A DNA stretch of 64,000 nt from Trypethelium eluteriae (Eukaryota): contig JAVECL010000003.1 of the NCBI GenBank assembly GCA_051942245.1, forward strand, positions 1 to 64,000. The letters are read 5' to 3'. The notes under the pieces were generated by a model. It did no database searches, was not told the DNA's origin, and saw only the letters and a list, made by a program, of their open reading frames with translations. Below are positions 60,433 to 64,000 of the stretch, piece by piece; the stretch's first letter is position 1; every line of letters begins with the position of its first letter. A program made the position numbers and the translations under genes.

Positions 60433-61720
60433 ATGTATTTTAGACCAGCACTCGCTTTTCTTACCCTCTTTGCTGCAGGCCAGCTTGCCGCAGCTGCAGT
60501 AGGTGAACCTGGTTGCCTTTTGGATTCTAGCATTGACCATGCTTCGCAGGCAGTGGACTATAATGAAGTCGAACTGATTCGCCGCGCGCTTGCTGACTGC
60601 GAGAACGATTCTCCCAACTGCGGTGTTGAAGCTGCTGCTGCTCCCGTTCCTCGGTCCATTGTCAGCTTCACTCGTCGCCAGAGCAGCGCCAGCTCGAACA
60701 CGAATAGCAATGGAAACAGCGGGAACACCGGAAACAACGGAAACAATGGAAACTCTAACAACAATAACAACAACGGAGGCTCGAGCAATAGCAACGTGAA
60801 CTGCAACCCCAATAATAACAATAATGGCAATGGAAACTCAAACTCGAATTCGAACTCGAACTCGAACAGTGCTTCAAATTCAGGTTCGTGAACCTAAATG
60901 AAATGCATCGATAGATCAACTCACTTACTCCGCTATGTAGGCTCCGTGAGCGCATCCTCTAATTCAAACAATGGTGGTGGAGCATCTAGCAGCGCAAATA
61001 CGAACGGTAGAGGGCAGGGAAGTGTGAACACGAATTCTAACGGAAATGGCAATGCGAATGCAAAGTACGCCTCAAGTGAAGATTCCCACGAATGACTCAA
61101 AAAGCTAACTGGCTCCCAGTTCGAACTCGAACAGCAACAACAACAATAACGCCTGCAACAGCAATAACAATAACAACAACAACAATAATAACGGCAATAA
61201 CGGTATCAACAACGGCAGCAACAATAACGGCAATTCAGGCTCGAATTCTGGCACCAATTCCGGAAGCAACACCGGGATCAACTCTGGTAACTCTGGTAGC
61301 AATACTGGCAGCAATACTGGCAGCAATACCGGCAGCAACACCGGCAGTAATACTGGCAACAGCTCCGGTAACACCTCTGGCAGCGGTACCGGTATCAACT
61401 CTGGCAACAATACCGGAAGCGAGACTGGCATCAACTCTGGCAACACCAGCGGTAGCAGCTCGAGCATTAACAGCAGCGGCACTGGCCCAAGCAGCACGAC
61501 ATTAGCTACCAGCATCCAGCCGGCCGCAACGACTGCAGGCGCCGTGGAAGCTTCTCCATCATCTTCGACGTCCTCATCAGCATCATCAGCAGAATCGTCG
61601 TCGTCGTCAGCCTCAACAGCGGCCCCGTCACCAGCTTCGACGTCAAGCTCATCCAGTGCGGCCGCCGCTCCGAGTCCAGCGATAGCACAGGCGAGCGAAG
61701 GGGCCGGATTCACGTATTAG
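60433..61720 (+). CDS. Secreted Asn/Ser/Gly-rich low-complexity protein, 3 exons
   Basis: Signal peptide MYFRPALAFLTLFAAGQLAAA; introns about 60884-60940 and 61065-61119 keep the frame; poly-Asn, GSNT repeats and a Ser/Ala tail; stop TAG 61718-61720. Confidence 0.78.
61240..61455 (+). repeat. Coding 12-nt tandem repeat (G-S/I/N-N-T/S tetrapeptides)
   Basis: Core ggtagcaatact-ggcagcaatact-ggcagcaatacc-ggcagcaacacc-ggcagtaatact with degenerate flanking units. Confidence 0.8.
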
Positions 61721-63939
61721 AGATTTCTCTCACGAGTAGTGGGGTTGAGCACGTTGCAGTGCGAAACGGGCGGGTCTACAGGGTCATGTTTAGTTTCAGT
61801 GGTACTTCAAACAGATTTAAAACCGATTAACGGATTGACGATTTCCTTGTTTCAAGATCTGGAACGCTCTGAAGAGTAACGATTCGCTTTTGTAGTGATT
61901 TGCTGGTGATTGTAGGGATGGAGTCGGAATAAGTACTCCCGACGATGCGTTTGCCGTTGCCCCGATCGATTGATACATGTACTGCTTGAGCACTTTGCCC
62001 AGAAGAGATGGTGAGGAGCAGAGCATGCTCCAGGCCATCTACCTTTCCAAATTTTATCTGGCCGGAAATCAATGAGGCAAGAAAGAAAATTTAGTCACCA
62101 TTGCTTGGCTGGTAATAGCTGTGCCTTTGCAAATGACCTACTGATAATTGCTTGGTCACACACCACAATCTTGCAGCTCCGAGGAATCTCCGTTTATTTC
62201 CAGCTCATCGTGCTCCAGCTTTGGGCAAGGTTGCTTTGGATTCACCGAACAGCTAGAGGTTTATTCCTTTCCAGATCTTCCGACCGGCTTGTTTTGCTGT
62301 ATCAGCAAAACAGCATCACTTCATTGGACACCAAACTTGTCCGACGATGATGGAGACTGTGAAGAGTCGCTAGGCTGAATCTAGCTTGGCAGAGGCATAA
62401 ATGGTAGCTCTATAAATTCCAATGCCAGCCCGTACCCAAGACAGTGCAACGGCCTACTTATTTTGGGCTGAAAGACAATAAAAGCATGAACGGGAGGGAC
62501 AGTCTTGGCGGGCGGAACAATTACCAAAATGACTACAAGTGGATTGCCTACCACTGTACTCCTTAGATTGTTGGTTGTCATTCATTTATCCGCACAAATT
62601 CCCAGGCATAAGAGGCGACGCCCTGTCGTACGTCTCCCACGCTCGAATCGTGGTAAGATGAATAAGGCGGGGAGAATATCGTGATACCGTCATTCCTAAC
62701 GAAATAGTCACTGCCATGGCGCTGCAGAGTCCAGGTTTGACGGCCCAGATAATGCGAGCTTTCAGCTATCGGTTATGTATGGAACCAATGCATGCCGGAA
62801 GCTAACAGCTTCCTAACCAACTTGGCGACGGCGCTGAGCAGCTTTCTTTAGTAGAGCATGCATCTGGGCTTATGTTGATGCGGATACTGCATAATATTGC
62901 ATGCGCAATGGATTATACCCGTGAGCTCAAGGTATGGTAGATTCCGTTTAGAAGCATTCGAAGCAGCTTGGAACGTTGGTCTGCAGCGACGGCTGCAAGT
63001 CCAAGTGGGGGCAATGGTGTCTGCATCGAAGTGCAGGCCTAGAGCTAAGGCCGGACAGCCGATGATCGAGATTGACCGGGTGTTCTGCAAATTGTGAAGC
63101 CCATAGTCTCTCGAATATGTTGATTGAATGGATTCGGTCTCGTATCTGTAAGAAGCCAGTGATGAGCAGCATATTCGTGACGATTATTCCTCCCCGAGTT
63201 ACCTGAGCGAAATGGCTCGTTACGTGGGACGCAGTGCGCTTCCAGTCCGGATAGGGTTAGGCGAGGCATGGGGGATGCCCTCTTCGGCAGTCTTGTGGGC
63301 GTATTCCACGTTGGAGTACGGAGTGAACTGCAAGGTGACGAGAACGTGCGCGGAGGTTTGATACATTTCGAAGGAAATAGAGAAAAAGCATTGCCTTGAC
63401 TGGCTCAGCGCAACGAATTAGGTGGATGTTGGTCATAAATGATATGACATCAAGTGCTGACCGAGCGCGCGCTTCCCCAGGGGCCTGCACATCATCACAT
63501 TGCGACGGGTCCACCCATTCGCAAGACGCGAGATTTCGTGTGATGATGCCAGAAAGCAAGCGCTTTACGGGGTAGGGCTTCCGAGATTGGCGAAGTGGAG
63601 CGCTGGGCGACGGAAGTAGGTGGACCACGTAGTTTTGCAAAACTCTGAAGTTACTTCACGAAGCCCTGAAGCAGCTGCACTCATTGCGTTCGGAAGGTTT
63701 CCAGAAGACGACAGATCTGGATACGGTAGGCTGCCCACGGCCACCCAGACGGCCGAGAGAGGCGATGGTCGGCGTGATGCTGGTTGGTGGGAAGGCACTG
63801 CAGGCGACGGAGGATGGTGGCACAACAGCGTTCTGCCGCGGCCGCGATACGGGCGCAAATCAGTGTTTCAGAGTGGCAGAAGAGCGTTTTCTAGTCTGCT
63901 GCCCGAGGAAACGAACCCCTGAATTCTCAGGCTAGCGGC

Positions 63940-64000
63940 ACTTGTGCATGAGTTGTGGAGACTTATGGAGGCTTATGAAGATTTATGGCCAGTTGTGCAG
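63940..64000. repeat. Degenerate 10-bp tandem repeat running to the window edge
   Basis: acttgtgcatg agttgtggag acttatggag gcttatgaag atttatggcc agttgtgcag. Confidence 0.6.

Noticed and set aside
61105..61713. Leu-rich 202-aa minus-strand ORF
   Set aside because: Antisense shadow of the Asn/Ser repeat exon
1..64000. tRNA, 5S rRNA, snRNA, transposon, RIP-degraded repeat or CRISPR array
   Set aside because: No diagnostic motifs, terminal repeats, transposase or RT frames, AT-rich blocks or repeat-spacer arrays seen by eye; small RNAs could have been missed

Overview
This is eukaryotic genomic DNA from a filamentous ascomycete (Pezizomycotina): genes carry short GT-AG introns with CTRAY branch points, and one encodes a Zn2Cys6 factor. 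About 27 protein-coding loci can be supported. From left to right: (1) 1-7.4 kb, four Rossmann-fold oxidoreductases around a Zn2Cys6 regulator; (2) a small secreted protein, then a 2.9-kb gene-free, hairpin-rich interval; (3) a housekeeping block (TEX1/THOC3, DNA2, ODC carrier, NPR3, TRL1, ankyrin protein); (4) an amidohydrolase and a divergent photolyase-family gene; (5) an accessory block (SDR, decayed gene remnant, O-methyltransferase, PTH11-like receptor, MFS transporter, signal-peptide-bearing aldo-keto reductase); (6) a conserved unknown protein, a GT69 glycosyltransferase, a divergent methyltransferase/acyl-CoA ligase pair and a secreted Asn/Ser/Gly-repeat protein. The most interesting non-coding signal is a minus-strand three-way junction at 11901-11996 that closely resembles the CR4/5 (P5-P6-P6.1) domain of telomerase RNA, although no TTAGGG template lies upstream of it. 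I recognised no tRNA, rRNA, transposon or CRISPR array. Exon boundaries were read by eye and all homology calls come from remembered motifs, not from searches.
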